Shown piece by piece: positions 25,978 through 35,938 of a stretch of DNA of 46,362 nucleotides. The notes under the pieces were generated by a model, which worked only from the letters and a program-made list of their open reading frames with translations, was not told the DNA's origin and made no database searches. This DNA comes from a virus. Its lineage: Duplodnaviria > Caudoviricetes. The translations under genes were made by a program, and so were the position numbers. Location: positions 1 to 46,362 of the IMG/VR virus record IMGVR_UViG_3300037722_001735, one strand, 5' to 3'. Each line of letters begins with the position of its first letter. Positions within the stretch are counted from its first letter, which is position 1.

Positions 25978-26687
25978 CCGTCTGCACCTTCAAGTGGCGG
26001 CGCGAAGGCTACCGCTCGCAGTTCACCGCCGATCACGTCAACCGGTTGCGCGCCATGTTCGCGCGTCATCTGCGCCTGCCGCACCGCTTCGTTTGCGTAA
26101 CGGACGATACCGCCGGGCTCGACCGCCGCGTCGAGGCGGTCCCGCTCTGGCCGGATCACGCCGAGGTGCCGAATCCGACCGGGGCGCATCTGCCAAGCTG
26201 TTACCGGCGCCTCAAGCTGTTCTCGCACGAGGCCCGCGCGCTCGTGGGCGAGCGTATCTGGTTGATCGATCTCGATGTCGTGCTGACCCGCGACGTGACG
26301 CCGCTCGCCGACCGGCCGGAAGACGTCGTGCTGTTGCCGACGCCCGACCCGCGCGTGCCTTACAACGGCAGTCTTGTGCTGCTGACACCGGGCGCGCGGT
26401 CTTTTGTCTGGGACGACTTCGACCCGCGCATCTCGCCGAAGAAAACCCACGACGCCGGGCTGCACGGTTCGGATCAGGGCTGGATGTCCTATTGCCTGCG
26501 CGGCCGCGGCGAAGCCGAGTGGAAAATCGGACCGGGCGGCGACGGCATCTATTTCTACCGGCGGCACATTCGGCCATCGGGCGGCGCGCTGCCGGAAGAC
26601 GCCCGGATCGTGTCGTTCAATGGAGGCACCGATCCCTGGTCGCCCGAGGCGCAACGGCTCGCCTGGGTGCAGGCCCATTACCGGTAA
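25971..26687 (+). CDS. Glycosyltransferase (GT-A, DxD) paralog 1
   Basis: VCTFKW, FVCVTD, RLKLF, LIDLDVV, YNGS, SDQ, G..DPW. Confidence 0.8.
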   Translation: MLTVCTFKWRREGYRSQFTADHVNRLRAMFARHLRLPHRFVCVTDDTAGLDRRVEAVPLWPDHAEVPNPTGAHLPSCYRRLKLFSHEARALVGERIWLIDLDVVLTRDVTPLADRPEDVVLLPTPDPRVPYNGSLVLLTPGARSFVWDDFDPRISPKKTHDAGLHGSDQGWMSYCLRGRGEAEWKIGPGGDGIYFYRRHIRPSGGALPEDARIVSFNGGTDPWSPEAQRLAWVQAHYR

Positions 26688-26694
26688 CGTGTGA

Positions 26695-27423
26695 ATGCTG
26701 CACCTGATCCTGTGGAAGTGGACCGCGGCCTATCGCGACCGCTTCACCGCCGAGCATGTGAATATCGCCGCCGCCATGGTGCGGCGGCATTATCCGGACC
26801 AGCTTCGCATCGTTTGCGTAACCGACGACCCTGCGGGAGTCGAATGCGAGACCGTGCCCCTCTGGGATGACGGCAACGGCCTGCACAATGCAAGCGGTGT
26901 GCATCTGCCGAGCTGCTACCGGCGGCTCAAGCTGTTTGCGCGCGACATTCACCATACGCTCGGCTGCGCGCCGGGCGATCCGTTGGTTTCGCTCGACCTC
27001 GACATGGTCGTGACCGGCGGTCTGGGTCCGCTGTGGAATCCGCATGTAAAGAGTGGTGCACCCTTCGTCGGCTGGCTGCGCAAGGGCTCCTATCACGCGC
27101 GCGTTTATAACGGGTCGATGTGGCTCGTGCGCGCGGGTGCGCTGCCGCAGATATGGGAAGAATTCGACCCGGCATCTTCCCCGCTCGCGGCCAAGATGCA
27201 GGGTTATCTCGGCTCGGACCAGGCGTGGATGTCCTGGAAGCTCGGGCCCGGCCGGCCGTGCTGGACCGACAAGGACGGCGTCTATCATTTCGCGCAGGAC
27301 GTGCGGGCGCAACACAGGCTGCCCCAGGGCGCGCGCCTCGTGATCTTCTGCGGCCAGCGCAAGCCTTGGCATGCCGAGGTTCAGGCGACGGATCCGTGGG
27401 TCAAGGAATATTATCATGCCTAA
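26695..27423 (+). CDS. Glycosyltransferase (GT-A, DxD) paralog 2
   Basis: VCVTD, HLPSCYRRLKLF shared with paralog 1, SLDLDMV, YNGS, SDQ, KPW. Confidence 0.8.
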   Translation: MLHLILWKWTAAYRDRFTAEHVNIAAAMVRRHYPDQLRIVCVTDDPAGVECETVPLWDDGNGLHNASGVHLPSCYRRLKLFARDIHHTLGCAPGDPLVSLDLDMVVTGGLGPLWNPHVKSGAPFVGWLRKGSYHARVYNGSMWLVRAGALPQIWEEFDPASSPLAAKMQGYLGSDQAWMSWKLGPGRPCWTDKDGVYHFAQDVRAQHRLPQGARLVIFCGQRKPWHAEVQATDPWVKEYYHA

Positions 27424-27880
27424 GCACGCGCGGCAGCAAATACGCGAGGCCGTCGAAGCCCTGATGAAAACGCCGCCTTTGCCGTCGATCGGCAGCCGCG
27501 TGCATGTCGGCCGCACGCGCGGGCTGGAGAAGGAACATGACGGGACGCTTCTGATCTATACGACGCTGCCGGAGAATCCGGAGACGTCGCAGGTGCTCGA
27601 CACCGGCGATGTGCCGTCGCTCGAACGCGAACTGACGCTCGCGATCGCGGCCTCCGTCGACCGAGCCTATCCGCCCGACGACGATCTCGACACGATCGCG
27701 CTCGAAGTCGAGGCGCGCGTCGGCGCAAAACAAATGCTCGGCGGGCTGGTGCAGGAAATGACGCTCACGCGCACGCACCAGGATGTGAACGCCGACGGTG
27801 CGCGGCAAATCGGGCGCATGGTGATGCACTGGCGCGTGAAATACGAAACGGCGGAAGGCAATCCCCAGACTGCGATCTGA
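27416..27880 (+). CDS. Tail terminator/completion protein
   Basis: HARQQIREAV start; directly before the tail tube gene. Confidence 0.7.
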   Translation: MPKHARQQIREAVEALMKTPPLPSIGSRVHVGRTRGLEKEHDGTLLIYTTLPENPETSQVLDTGDVPSLERELTLAIAASVDRAYPPDDDLDTIALEVEARVGAKQMLGGLVQEMTLTRTHQDVNADGARQIGRMVMHWRVKYETAEGNPQTAI

Positions 27881-27892
27881 CAGGAGATTCCC

Positions 27893-28297
27893 ATGGGACA
27901 CGTACACGGCAAGAACGGCCAGGTGAAAGTCGGCGAAAACGTCTGCCCGGTCGAAAACTGGAGCTATGAGGAAACGGCGCCGGTCGACGACACGACCCTG
28001 CAGGGCGCCACGGGTGACGATCATGAGGTCGGCATCACCGGCTGGTCAGGCGAACTGACGCTGGTGTTGAACAAGACGAACGCCGCGCACATGGCGATCC
28101 AGGCCGCGGTCAAGGTGGGCACGCCGCTCAATGTCGAGCTCTATGACGGGGGCATCGGCAGCGGCGCGACCTACCGCTCCGGTGTCTGCTCGGTGATCAG
28201 CATGGGCCGCAATGTGCCCAAGGATGCGACCATCCGCGCCACGGTCTCGGTGAAGGGCAAGGGTGCGCTTGCCGACGCGGTGGTCGGAGACTCTTAA
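27893..28297 (+). CDS. Tail tube (major tail) protein
   Basis: AGGAG RBS; GITGWSGEL, VSVKGKGAL; upstream of chaperone and tape measure. Confidence 0.75.
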   Translation: MGHVHGKNGQVKVGENVCPVENWSYEETAPVDDTTLQGATGDDHEVGITGWSGELTLVLNKTNAAHMAIQAAVKVGTPLNVELYDGGIGSGATYRSGVCSVISMGRNVPKDATIRATVSVKGKGALADAVVGDS

Positions 28298-28365
28298 CGA
28301 AACCGGCGCACTTCCCTGCGGCCGCGCGCACGGTCTGCGTCAATCCAGAAAACCGGAGTTTGAAG

Positions 28366-28707
28366 ATGAAGGCTCTCGAAGCGCTGCTTGCGCATTACAA
28401 GGCCCACGAACGGCAATCGGTGGTCGTGCCGGAACTGAAGGATGAAAACGGCCAGCCCATGCGCGTGTTCTGGCAATTGCTCACGATCCAGGAGCGCGAC
28501 GAGATGCGCGACGGCGACATGCTCGGCGACGTCGATGTCGTGATCCGCAAGGCGCAGGACATCGAGGGCAAGCCGCTGTTCAAGGCCGAGGACAAGCTGA
28601 AGATGCAGAAGGCGGGCGCGGCGAACGTGCTCAACCGGCTCGCGCGGATGATGCTCTCGGGCGACGCCATCACGGCGGAGGCCGTGGAAGACGCCCGAAA
28701 AAACTAG
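28366..28707 (+). CDS. Tail assembly chaperone (gpG-like)
   Basis: Position; ends in slippery A AAA AAC. Confidence 0.8.
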   Translation: MKALEALLAHYKAHERQSVVVPELKDENGQPMRVFWQLLTIQERDEMRDGDMLGDVDVVIRKAQDIEGKPLFKAEDKLKMQKAGAANVLNRLARMMLSGDAITAEAVEDARKN

Positions 28708-28847
28708 AAGACGATCCCGAGCGATTTCTTCTTCACCTGCTCGCGGATCGTCTGCACATGAGTCTCGGTGAAGTGCGGCAAATGTCGTTTCACGAGATCG
28801 CCGGCTGGTTCGCCTATTTCCAGATCCAGGACGATAAAAGGAAGTAA
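28698..28847 (+). CDS. -1 frameshift extension (gpGT-like)
   Basis: The -1 frame reads LEDDPERFLLHLLADRLHMSLGEVRQMSFHEIAGWFAYFQIQDDKRK, stop at 28847 just before the tape measure gene. Confidence 0.75.
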   Translation, partial: KKLEDDPERFLLHLLADRLHMSLGEVRQMSFHEIAGWFAYFQIQDDKRK

Positions 28848-28850
28848 ACC

Positions 28851-30683
28851 ATGGCCCGTCAGGATTACGACATTATCCTGCGGGCGCAGAATGCGTCGGC
28901 GGCGGCGTTTCGCTCGCTGCGCAACGACCTGCGCGCAACGCAGGGTGCGGCGCGCGGCCTGCAGACGACGCTCGGCGGGGCCTTCGCACCGCTCGCCGGA
29001 GGTCTCGGCGCCGCGAGTCTGGTGCGCGGCATCCGCAATGCGACGGCCGAACTCGCCAAGCTCAAGGACGAGGCGAAGCGTGTCGGTACCTCGACCGACG
29101 CCTTTCAGGCGCTGCAGGTCACGCTCGAAAAGAACGGCGGCGAGGCGCAGGACGCCGCTCGCGCACTCGAACGCTTCGGCACCGAGGCCGCCAAGGCCGC
29201 GAACGGCGGCACCAGCATCCTGGCACGGGTGCTCGCCGACAATAATGTCCAGATGCGCGACGCGTCGGGCAATATGCGCGACACGTCGGAGCTGCTGGTC
29301 GATTATGCGCGGCTCGTGGCCAATGCCGGATCGCAGCAGGAGAAACTGGCGCTCGCGTCCGAGGCCTATGGCCGCAATGCCGGGCCGAAGATGGTCGAGG
29401 CGCTGGAGAAGATCGCCAAGGACGGCCTGCCGGCGCTGATCGAACAGGGCAAGCGGGCGGGCGACGTCATCGACCGCGAGCTGATCGAGCGCGCGGCAAA
29501 ACTCGACAATGCCTTCAAGGATCTGGAGCGCAGTGCCGGCAATGCCTTCAAGCAGCTGGCGGTCGAAGCCGCGCCCGCCCTCCTGAAGGAACTCGACGCG
29601 CTTGTTTCCGCGGCGCGCAGCCTGAAATGGGAACTGGGCCAGATCGCCAAGGGCAACTGGTCCGCGGCGATCAATATCAAGTTTACCGGCGGCGGTGCCG
29701 CCCCCGGCGCCATGGCCGGCCTGATGGATACCGAGGGTTTTCTTGCGGGTACCGGGCTTGAAACCGCGCGCGGCGAAAACCAGCGCCAGGCCGACTTCCT
29801 GCGCGACGAGCTGGAGCGCATCGTCGCCGTTCACGGACTCGGCAATGCCTGGGAAGGCTTGCAGAGTCCACTGCCCGGCAGTCCCGCCGCTGCTGGTAGC
29901 GGCAAGCGCACCAACACTTCCGGCCTCGGCGGCACAAAGAGCGCGGACAAAAACCGCACGCAGGAAATTCTCGCCTCGCTCAAGGCCGAGGGCGAGCAGC
30001 TCACCTTCAATCTCGAAACCCGGCGCGCGGCCGAGCTTGTCGAGCAGCAGATCAATCTCGTGCGCCGCGCCGGCGTCGATGCGAGCGAGGCCGACAAGGC
30101 TGCGATCATGGGCGCGGCGGCGGCGCTGCAGCAGAAGCAGATCGCCTTCGAGGATGCGAAGCAGGCGGCGGACGCGCTCTCCGATGTCGTGTCCGATATT
30201 TTCGACATCATTGCCGGAGACGCCGACAACGCCGGCGAGGCGGTGAAGAAGCTGATCAAGGATCTGCTGCTCGCGGAGGCCAAGGCCTCGCTGCTGCGGC
30301 TGATCAATCCGTCGGCCGCGCTCGGGCCAATTTCTGCGATTTTTCAGGGTGCGGGCGGGCTGTTTGCGAACCGCGCGGGAGGCGGCCGCGCGCGTGCCGG
30401 CCAGCCGATCTTCGTTGGTGAGGAAGGCAAGCGCGAAGTCTTCGTTCCGGACAGCAATGGCACGGTGATGCCGGCGCGCGAAGGCGGAGGTGCGCCACGG
30501 GTGATCCAGCTGCAGCCGGTCATTCACAATTATGCCGGCGCGGAAGTCGAGACCGGTCAGACCGACGATGGCCAGCTCGAGGTGTTCATCCGCGCGGCGG
30601 CGCGCGATGAGATGGCCTCTCCGCGCGGCATGAATGTCATGCAGCAGAGCGTCGGCGCGCGGCCGCGGCTGAAGGCGCGGTGA
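28851..30683 (+). CDS. Tape measure protein
   Basis: 610 aa, Ala-rich helical; C-terminal RAGGG...VGEEGKREVFVP. Confidence 0.9.
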   Translation: MARQDYDIILRAQNASAAAFRSLRNDLRATQGAARGLQTTLGGAFAPLAGGLGAASLVRGIRNATAELAKLKDEAKRVGTSTDAFQALQVTLEKNGGEAQDAARALERFGTEAAKAANGGTSILARVLADNNVQMRDASGNMRDTSELLVDYARLVANAGSQQEKLALASEAYGRNAGPKMVEALEKIAKDGLPALIEQGKRAGDVIDRELIERAAKLDNAFKDLERSAGNAFKQLAVEAAPALLKELDALVSAARSLKWELGQIAKGNWSAAINIKFTGGGAAPGAMAGLMDTEGFLAGTGLETARGENQRQADFLRDELERIVAVHGLGNAWEGLQSPLPGSPAAAGSGKRTNTSGLGGTKSADKNRTQEILASLKAEGEQLTFNLETRRAAELVEQQINLVRRAGVDASEADKAAIMGAAAALQQKQIAFEDAKQAADALSDVVSDIFDIIAGDADNAGEAVKKLIKDLLLAEAKASLLRLINPSAALGPISAIFQGAGGLFANRAGGGRARAGQPIFVGEEGKREVFVPDSNGTVMPAREGGGAPRVIQLQPVIHNYAGAEVETGQTDDGQLEVFIRAAARDEMASPRGMNVMQQSVGARPRLKAR

Positions 30684-31045
30684 CGGACATGACCCTGCCG
30701 AGCTGGCCCGCGCTTCTCCCGGCTACGCCACTGCGCATCGGCGGCGCACATTCGCCCGTTGCCAATACGGTTCCGCACGAGCCGGAAGTCGGCGAAGTCA
30801 TGACGCGCCGCCGCTTCACCGGGCGGCAGGAGGATTTGCAGACGAGCCTGGTGCTAACGCCCGAGCAGACTGTGATTTTTCGCTCGTTTCACCGCGACAC
30901 ACTGAAAGACGGCGCGCTGCGGTTTTCGTGGGACGATCCGGTGACGGGAGAGGCGGCCGAAGCGGTTTTTCTCGCACCTCCGGGCTACGGCGCGCTCGGC
31001 AGGAACTGGTCGGTCACGCTTCGGCTCCGGTTCTTCCTGCTATGA
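30680..31045 (+). CDS. Distal tail protein (gpM-like)
   Basis: RRRFT, LKDGALRFSWDDP; follows the tape measure gene. Confidence 0.7.
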   Translation: MTDMTLPSWPALLPATPLRIGGAHSPVANTVPHEPEVGEVMTRRRFTGRQEDLQTSLVLTPEQTVIFRSFHRDTLKDGALRFSWDDPVTGEAAEAVFLAPPGYGALGRNWSVTLRLRFFLL

Positions 31046-31521
31046 GCTTCACGACCGCCCAGGCGGTCGCCGTTGCGATCGCGCAGCACTCCGGCGATCC
31101 GATCCTCGCGCTCTTGACGGTCGAGCATCCATCGTTCGGCGCGCGGCGCTACGCGCGGAACAACGAGAAAGTGGTCTCGAACGGCGAGACCTTCGCCGCC
31201 GCCTGGTTCGAGATCGAGTTGCCGGGCGACGGAGCCGAGGCTCCATCGGCGCGGATCACGGTCGCGAATGTCGACCGCGAATTCGGCCGCCGCCTCGAGG
31301 GTATGCCGGCCGACGACAGTTGCGTGTGCCGGATCGATCTCGTGCTCGCCTCGACGCCCGACACGATCGAGCGCTCATGGATTCAGTTCGTGCTGCGCCG
31401 CGCGGTCTGGGACGCAATGACGGTGCGGGCCGAGATCGGCCGCGTTCACTATTACGACGAGCCGTTTCCCTATCTGCGGATCACGACGGACAAGTTCAGG
31501 GGAATCTCACCCGATGCTTGA
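31042..31521 (+). CDS. Minor tail protein (gpL/DUF1833-like)
   Basis: LLTVEHP, FEIELP, ITVANVDR, DEPFP. Confidence 0.7.
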   Translation: MSFTTAQAVAVAIAQHSGDPILALLTVEHPSFGARRYARNNEKVVSNGETFAAAWFEIELPGDGAEAPSARITVANVDREFGRRLEGMPADDSCVCRIDLVLASTPDTIERSWIQFVLRRAVWDAMTVRAEIGRVHYYDEPFPYLRITTDKFRGISPDA

Positions 31522-31693
31522 CTACTCATGCGATCCAATCTCCTGCGTCACCGCGCAAATCGCGGTTGGCGCAACGATCGCTTGGATCGGGTTCCAAATG
31601 AGTTGTTTGGCGCTTCGGTACGACTTCGGGCTGGTCATGTTTTTAGCGGGCGGCGCGATTGCTTCGACTGGCTTCGTCATAGGTGTGATGTGA
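31514..31693 (+). CDS. Small two-TM membrane protein (59 aa)
   Basis: MLDYSCDPISCVTAQIAVGATIAWIGFQ...FGLVMFLAGGAIASTGFVIGVM; overlaps both neighbours; not in the ORF track. Confidence 0.45.
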   Translation: MLDYSCDPISCVTAQIAVGATIAWIGFQMSCLALRYDFGLVMFLAGGAIASTGFVIGVM

Positions 31694-32121
31694 ACACCGC
31701 CTGGGTCGACCGCTACATGACCGTGCCGTTCGTCGAGAAGGGGCGGACGATGCGCGGCGCCGATTGCCTCGGGATCGTTGCGCTGGTGCTCGAGCGCGAG
31801 GCGCGCGCCGCGCTCACGGATCTCGGCGTCGGCTGGTCGGACGGCATCGATGCGATCGCGTTGCGGGTGCAGGAGGCAATCGCGACCGGCGAGTTCATCC
31901 GGCTCGGCCAGGGCGCCGCGGCTGCGAGGTTCGACCTGGTGCAGATGACCAACATTTTTCCGGGCGGCCAGAAGGGTGAACTGCATGTCGGCATCGCGAC
32001 CGGAGCGGGCATGGTGCTGCACTCCGAGCGCCCGCACGGGCCGAAGCACCAGCGGCTCGACGATCCTGCGCTTCGCGGCCGGGTCGTTGCTTTTTGGCGT
32101 TTGAAGGCGCTTGCAGCATGA
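31690..32121 (+). CDS. NlpC/P60 tail-tip protein (gpK-like)
   Basis: GRTMRGADCLGIV, HVGI, VLHS. Confidence 0.85.
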   Translation: MNTAWVDRYMTVPFVEKGRTMRGADCLGIVALVLEREARAALTDLGVGWSDGIDAIALRVQEAIATGEFIRLGQGAAAARFDLVQMTNIFPGGQKGELHVGIATGAGMVLHSERPHGPKHQRLDDPALRGRVVAFWRLKALAA

Positions 32122-34841
32122 GCGTTCATCCGCGCGCGCACCTGTTCGCCCCTGCCGCGATTACCCAAGCATCGGTCGTGGCCGAGTTCCGCCGCACGGT
32201 GTTTTCCGAGCACGGCGAGGTGCTGCCGTTCGCGCCGGGCGCGTCGGTTGCGGACATCGTGACGGCGTTCGACAAGCCGGATGAGTTCGCGACGCACGGC
32301 GTGGTCTTTCTGCGCCGCGGCGAGGGCAAGCCGGTCGAGGTCGCGCGCGAGTGCTGGCACCGGGTAAGGCCGAAGCCCGGCACCGCGCTATTCATTACCT
32401 GCGCGCCGCAAGGCGACGACAGCGGCATCCTCGCGCTCGTGGCCGCGGTTGCGCTCGTGGCGCTCACGGCGTGGGTCGGCGGCGGCGGGCTCGCCTTCGG
32501 CAATCCCTGGCACTATCTCGCGGCGGGCTCCTTCGGCGCCCAGGCGACCGCGGCCGCGGTCGGCGTTGCCGGCGCCGCGGCACTCTCGACGCTTTCCCGC
32601 CCGGTGGTCGGCGCGACCGCCGCCAGCGCGGCCGAGTCGTCGTCGCTCGGCTCGGCCGGCATCACGCAGAACGTCATGGCGGTGAACCAACAGATGCACT
32701 GGCCCGCCGGCACGATGCGCGTTTCGCCGCCGATGCTTTCGCGGCCGTTCACGACGATCGAGGGCACGGACCAGTATGTCTATGGCATCGTCGGCCTGTG
32801 CGGCCCGGTAGAATGGAACGCGCTGCGCGTCAATGAAACGCCGGTCGAGGACCTGCCGGACGGGCAGTTCGAATATGAATTGCGCCGCGGCTTCGACGAC
32901 GACCTGCCGCTCACGCTCGTCAATACCGTCGGCTTCGAGGAAACGATCAATCTCGAAATGTCGAAGCACCGGCTCGACAAGGACAGCGCGACCTTGCTCG
33001 CGCCGGCGACGGCGAGCTACCCGACGCCGAGCGTGCACCGTACGGCGCGCAATCCGGACCGCTTCCGCTTCACGCTGTTCTTTCCGCAGGGGCTTGCGCG
33101 CTTCGACGCCGGCACGGCGATCCTCGCGCCGTTCCGCATCGAAGTGCGAGCGCTCGGGACCGGGACCTGGCGCAAGTTGCCGGAGCTGCATCTCGAGGCC
33201 TCGGTGCGCGCGCCGATGCGGCAGGAGGTGTGGCTGCATTTCGGCGGTGACGAGCAGGCGATCCTGCAGTCGATCTCCGGTGTTACCTCGAGCTGGAAGC
33301 GGTTTTACTCGAGCAACGCGGAATGGGCGGCTGATCCCTATTTCAACGCCTCGCCCGGTGCGGTCGTGGACGCGAATTGCGCGCACACTTATGCCGGCGC
33401 AGATCAGGTTCATATCTGGCTCGACACGGCGGAGTTTCCCGGAGAACGGTACGACATCCGCATCGTGCGCGGCTTCGTGCAGAACGCGGGCGGGCAACAC
33501 ACCACGTCCGTCTATACCGGCGGCCTATTCACGTACCGGGGCGGCTCGGACCCGACGTTCACGATTCCCAACCAGTCCGATTTCGCGGGCTCGGTCGTGA
33601 TCCAGAGCTACACGACGTTCCGCGACGAATATCCATTCCGCAATGTGACGAACCTTGCGCTGATCGCCTTCAAGGGAAAGAACCTGCAGATCAACTCGAT
33701 CAATGCCGAGGCAACGCCGATGATCCCGGTGTGGGATTCCGTGGGCGAAGTCTGGGCGACGCCCGATCCTGACGCGGAGCCGGAATTGCTGCCGGATTGT
33801 TCGAATCCGGCAGCGGTCGCGCGCTATGCTGCGATCGGGCCGTGGAACAAGCGCCCGCGGCCGCAATCGCTGCTCTCGGGCTTCGAGGACTGGTTCGGGC
33901 ATTGCGATGATGAAGCTCTATCCTGCAACGCGGTGATAACCGAAGGCTCGGTCGAGCGCGTGATCAATCTCGCCGCTAACTGCGGCGACGCGGCGATGCG
34001 CGAGAGCGACAGCTTCGGCCCGGTGATCGACCGCGACAGAAGTGCCGATGGAGTGCAGCACGCCTTCTCGGCGCACAACATGACGAGCCCGCTCATCATG
34101 GAGAAGAACTTCGACCGGATTGCGGACGGAATCCTGCCGACCTTCGTGGATGCGAGCCGCGACTATGCCACGCGCACGCTCGAACTGCCGGTCTATGCCG
34201 ACGGCGTCGATGTGTCGGTCGGGCCGCTGCTGGAAGGCGCGAACTATGACGGCCTGGTGTTCGAGGCCAATGTGCGACGGCGCGCGCGGCTCGACCTGCG
34301 GCGCAAGCGGCACCGCGCCACGAAATACAGCTGGGGCACGCATCAGGAGCAACTGATTGCGGTGAACGGCGACATCGTCGCGCTCGCCCACGACACGCTC
34401 TCCGAGACCTACGGTATGGGACGCGTCAAGCACTTCACGACCAAGTCCGGCAATCTGATCGATATCGAGATGAACGGCGGGCTTCTGGACCTTCCGCCGC
34501 CCGTGCAGGACGAACTCTGGGACACCGATCATCTGTTCGTGCGCACGATCGACGAGGACTGGAATCTGGGCGGCCCGGCGCTCGGCGCGCAGGTGCGGCT
34601 TGAGGACAACCAGATCGTCACGGTGCCGCTCTCGGGCGTCGAGGGAAAGCGGCTCATCGTCGAGCAGGGCGAGAGCGGTTTTGCCAAGCCTGACGGATTG
34701 CTGCGAACGTCGCTGATCCATGTCGGCGCGCGCGACCAGGAGAGCCGCCGCGTGATCATCCTGAACATCACGCCGAAAAAAGACTTCGAGGCGCAGATCG
34801 ACGCGGTCGACCTCGCGCCGGAAATATTCGCGGGGTTATGA
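32118..34841 (+). CDS. Tail tip / host-specificity protein (gpI+gpJ-like)
   Basis: About 907 aa; WHRVRPKPG, hydrophobic gpI-like segment, SNPA motif. Confidence 0.8.
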   Translation: MSVHPRAHLFAPAAITQASVVAEFRRTVFSEHGEVLPFAPGASVADIVTAFDKPDEFATHGVVFLRRGEGKPVEVARECWHRVRPKPGTALFITCAPQGDDSGILALVAAVALVALTAWVGGGGLAFGNPWHYLAAGSFGAQATAAAVGVAGAAALSTLSRPVVGATAASAAESSSLGSAGITQNVMAVNQQMHWPAGTMRVSPPMLSRPFTTIEGTDQYVYGIVGLCGPVEWNALRVNETPVEDLPDGQFEYELRRGFDDDLPLTLVNTVGFEETINLEMSKHRLDKDSATLLAPATASYPTPSVHRTARNPDRFRFTLFFPQGLARFDAGTAILAPFRIEVRALGTGTWRKLPELHLEASVRAPMRQEVWLHFGGDEQAILQSISGVTSSWKRFYSSNAEWAADPYFNASPGAVVDANCAHTYAGADQVHIWLDTAEFPGERYDIRIVRGFVQNAGGQHTTSVYTGGLFTYRGGSDPTFTIPNQSDFAGSVVIQSYTTFRDEYPFRNVTNLALIAFKGKNLQINSINAEATPMIPVWDSVGEVWATPDPDAEPELLPDCSNPAAVARYAAIGPWNKRPRPQSLLSGFEDWFGHCDDEALSCNAVITEGSVERVINLAANCGDAAMRESDSFGPVIDRDRSADGVQHAFSAHNMTSPLIMEKNFDRIADGILPTFVDASRDYATRTLELPVYADGVDVSVGPLLEGANYDGLVFEANVRRRARLDLRRKRHRATKYSWGTHQEQLIAVNGDIVALAHDTLSETYGMGRVKHFTTKSGNLIDIEMNGGLLDLPPPVQDELWDTDHLFVRTIDEDWNLGGPALGAQVRLEDNQIVTVPLSGVEGKRLIVEQGESGFAKPDGLLRTSLIHVGARDQESRRVIILNITPKKDFEAQIDAVDLAPEIFAGL

Positions 34842-34842
34842 C

Positions 34843-35778
34843 ATGGTGCTTCCGACGCCGACGCGTGCCTTTCCCCGCAAGGATTGGGCGGGAAATGCGA
34901 TTGCCGATTTCAAGACCTATGCCGATCATATCGCGGTGCGGGGCGAGAAGCTGTTTGCGATGGTGCCGAACCGCCTCACCGTCGCGGGCGGCTCGGCGGA
35001 CGCGATCGAGGCGAGCTGCGATCCGCCTCTGCTCACCGATCCGGTGGACGGACAGCTCTTCCGGCTGCTGGCCGCGGCTCAGAACACCGGCAACGTCACG
35101 ATCGACATCGACGGGCGTGGGGCGATCTCGGCGCGCGACTACGCGGGCAACAACTTCGCCGAGGGCTCCTACGAGGCGGGCGAGGAGCTGGAATTCAGGT
35201 ACGACGGCACGGCGTCGCAACTCTGGCTCACGCATCGCACTCTGTCGCAGCAGGTGGCCGCGGCCGCCGCGGCCGTGGGCCTGCAATCGCCGCTGGAGCG
35301 GTTCGGCGATTCCGGCCTGATCGCCGGCACGCCGTCGCAGGTCGAGTTCACCTTTACGGCCGGGCGCTATGTGGCGATCGACCTGTTTATCAGCGACGTA
35401 CGGCCGACGGCGGACGGAGCCTCCCTCACCGTCACCCTGCGAAACTCGTCTGGCGCGATACTTACCCTCAACACCTCTGTCAGTGTCGGCAACGCGTCGA
35501 GCGAAGGTATTTCGCTGGGTGCGCAGTTCGTGATCGGCACCGTATTCCCAACCAAGGGTCACTACGGGTCCCTGGTCGGTAAATACACGAACACCTCCGC
35601 GAATCACTTCAAATATGGCGTGGGACTGACGACGGACGGCGGCGGCGCGAGCGAAACGGTGCCGCTGGCCGTGGCCGGCGCGGACGAATCCGCGCCTGAC
35701 CGCGTCCGGTTCGCGTTCAATTCCGGCAACATACAGGAGGGGCGGATCGTGGCGGACGGACGCCTGGCGGAGTTCTGA
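34843..35778 (+). CDS. Tail fibre / receptor-binding-like protein
   Basis: NTGNVTIDIDG motif, position, compositionally distinct C-terminus. Confidence 0.6.
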   Translation: MVLPTPTRAFPRKDWAGNAIADFKTYADHIAVRGEKLFAMVPNRLTVAGGSADAIEASCDPPLLTDPVDGQLFRLLAAAQNTGNVTIDIDGRGAISARDYAGNNFAEGSYEAGEELEFRYDGTASQLWLTHRTLSQQVAAAAAAVGLQSPLERFGDSGLIAGTPSQVEFTFTAGRYVAIDLFISDVRPTADGASLTVTLRNSSGAILTLNTSVSVGNASSEGISLGAQFVIGTVFPTKGHYGSLVGKYTNTSANHFKYGVGLTTDGGGASETVPLAVAGADESAPDRVRFAFNSGNIQEGRIVADGRLAEF

Positions 35779-35779
35779 C

Positions 35780-35938
35780 GTGAAGAAGATCGTCAATGTC
35801 ATCGACTCCAAAACCGGTGCGCCATTGCGCGACCCGAAGAGCGGGAAGCTGCTTCGCCGTGAAGTCGCGATGACCGCGAAGGAAGTCGCGGCCTTCGAGG
35901 CGGAGCGGGCAGCACAGCAGGGAGGCAGCAAGCAATGA
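35780..35938 (+). CDS. Small protein (52 aa), possible fibre chaperone
   Basis: GTG-start ORF exactly filling the gap. Confidence 0.45.
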   Translation: MKKIVNVIDSKTGAPLRDPKSGKLLRREVAMTAKEVAAFEAERAAQQGGSKQ

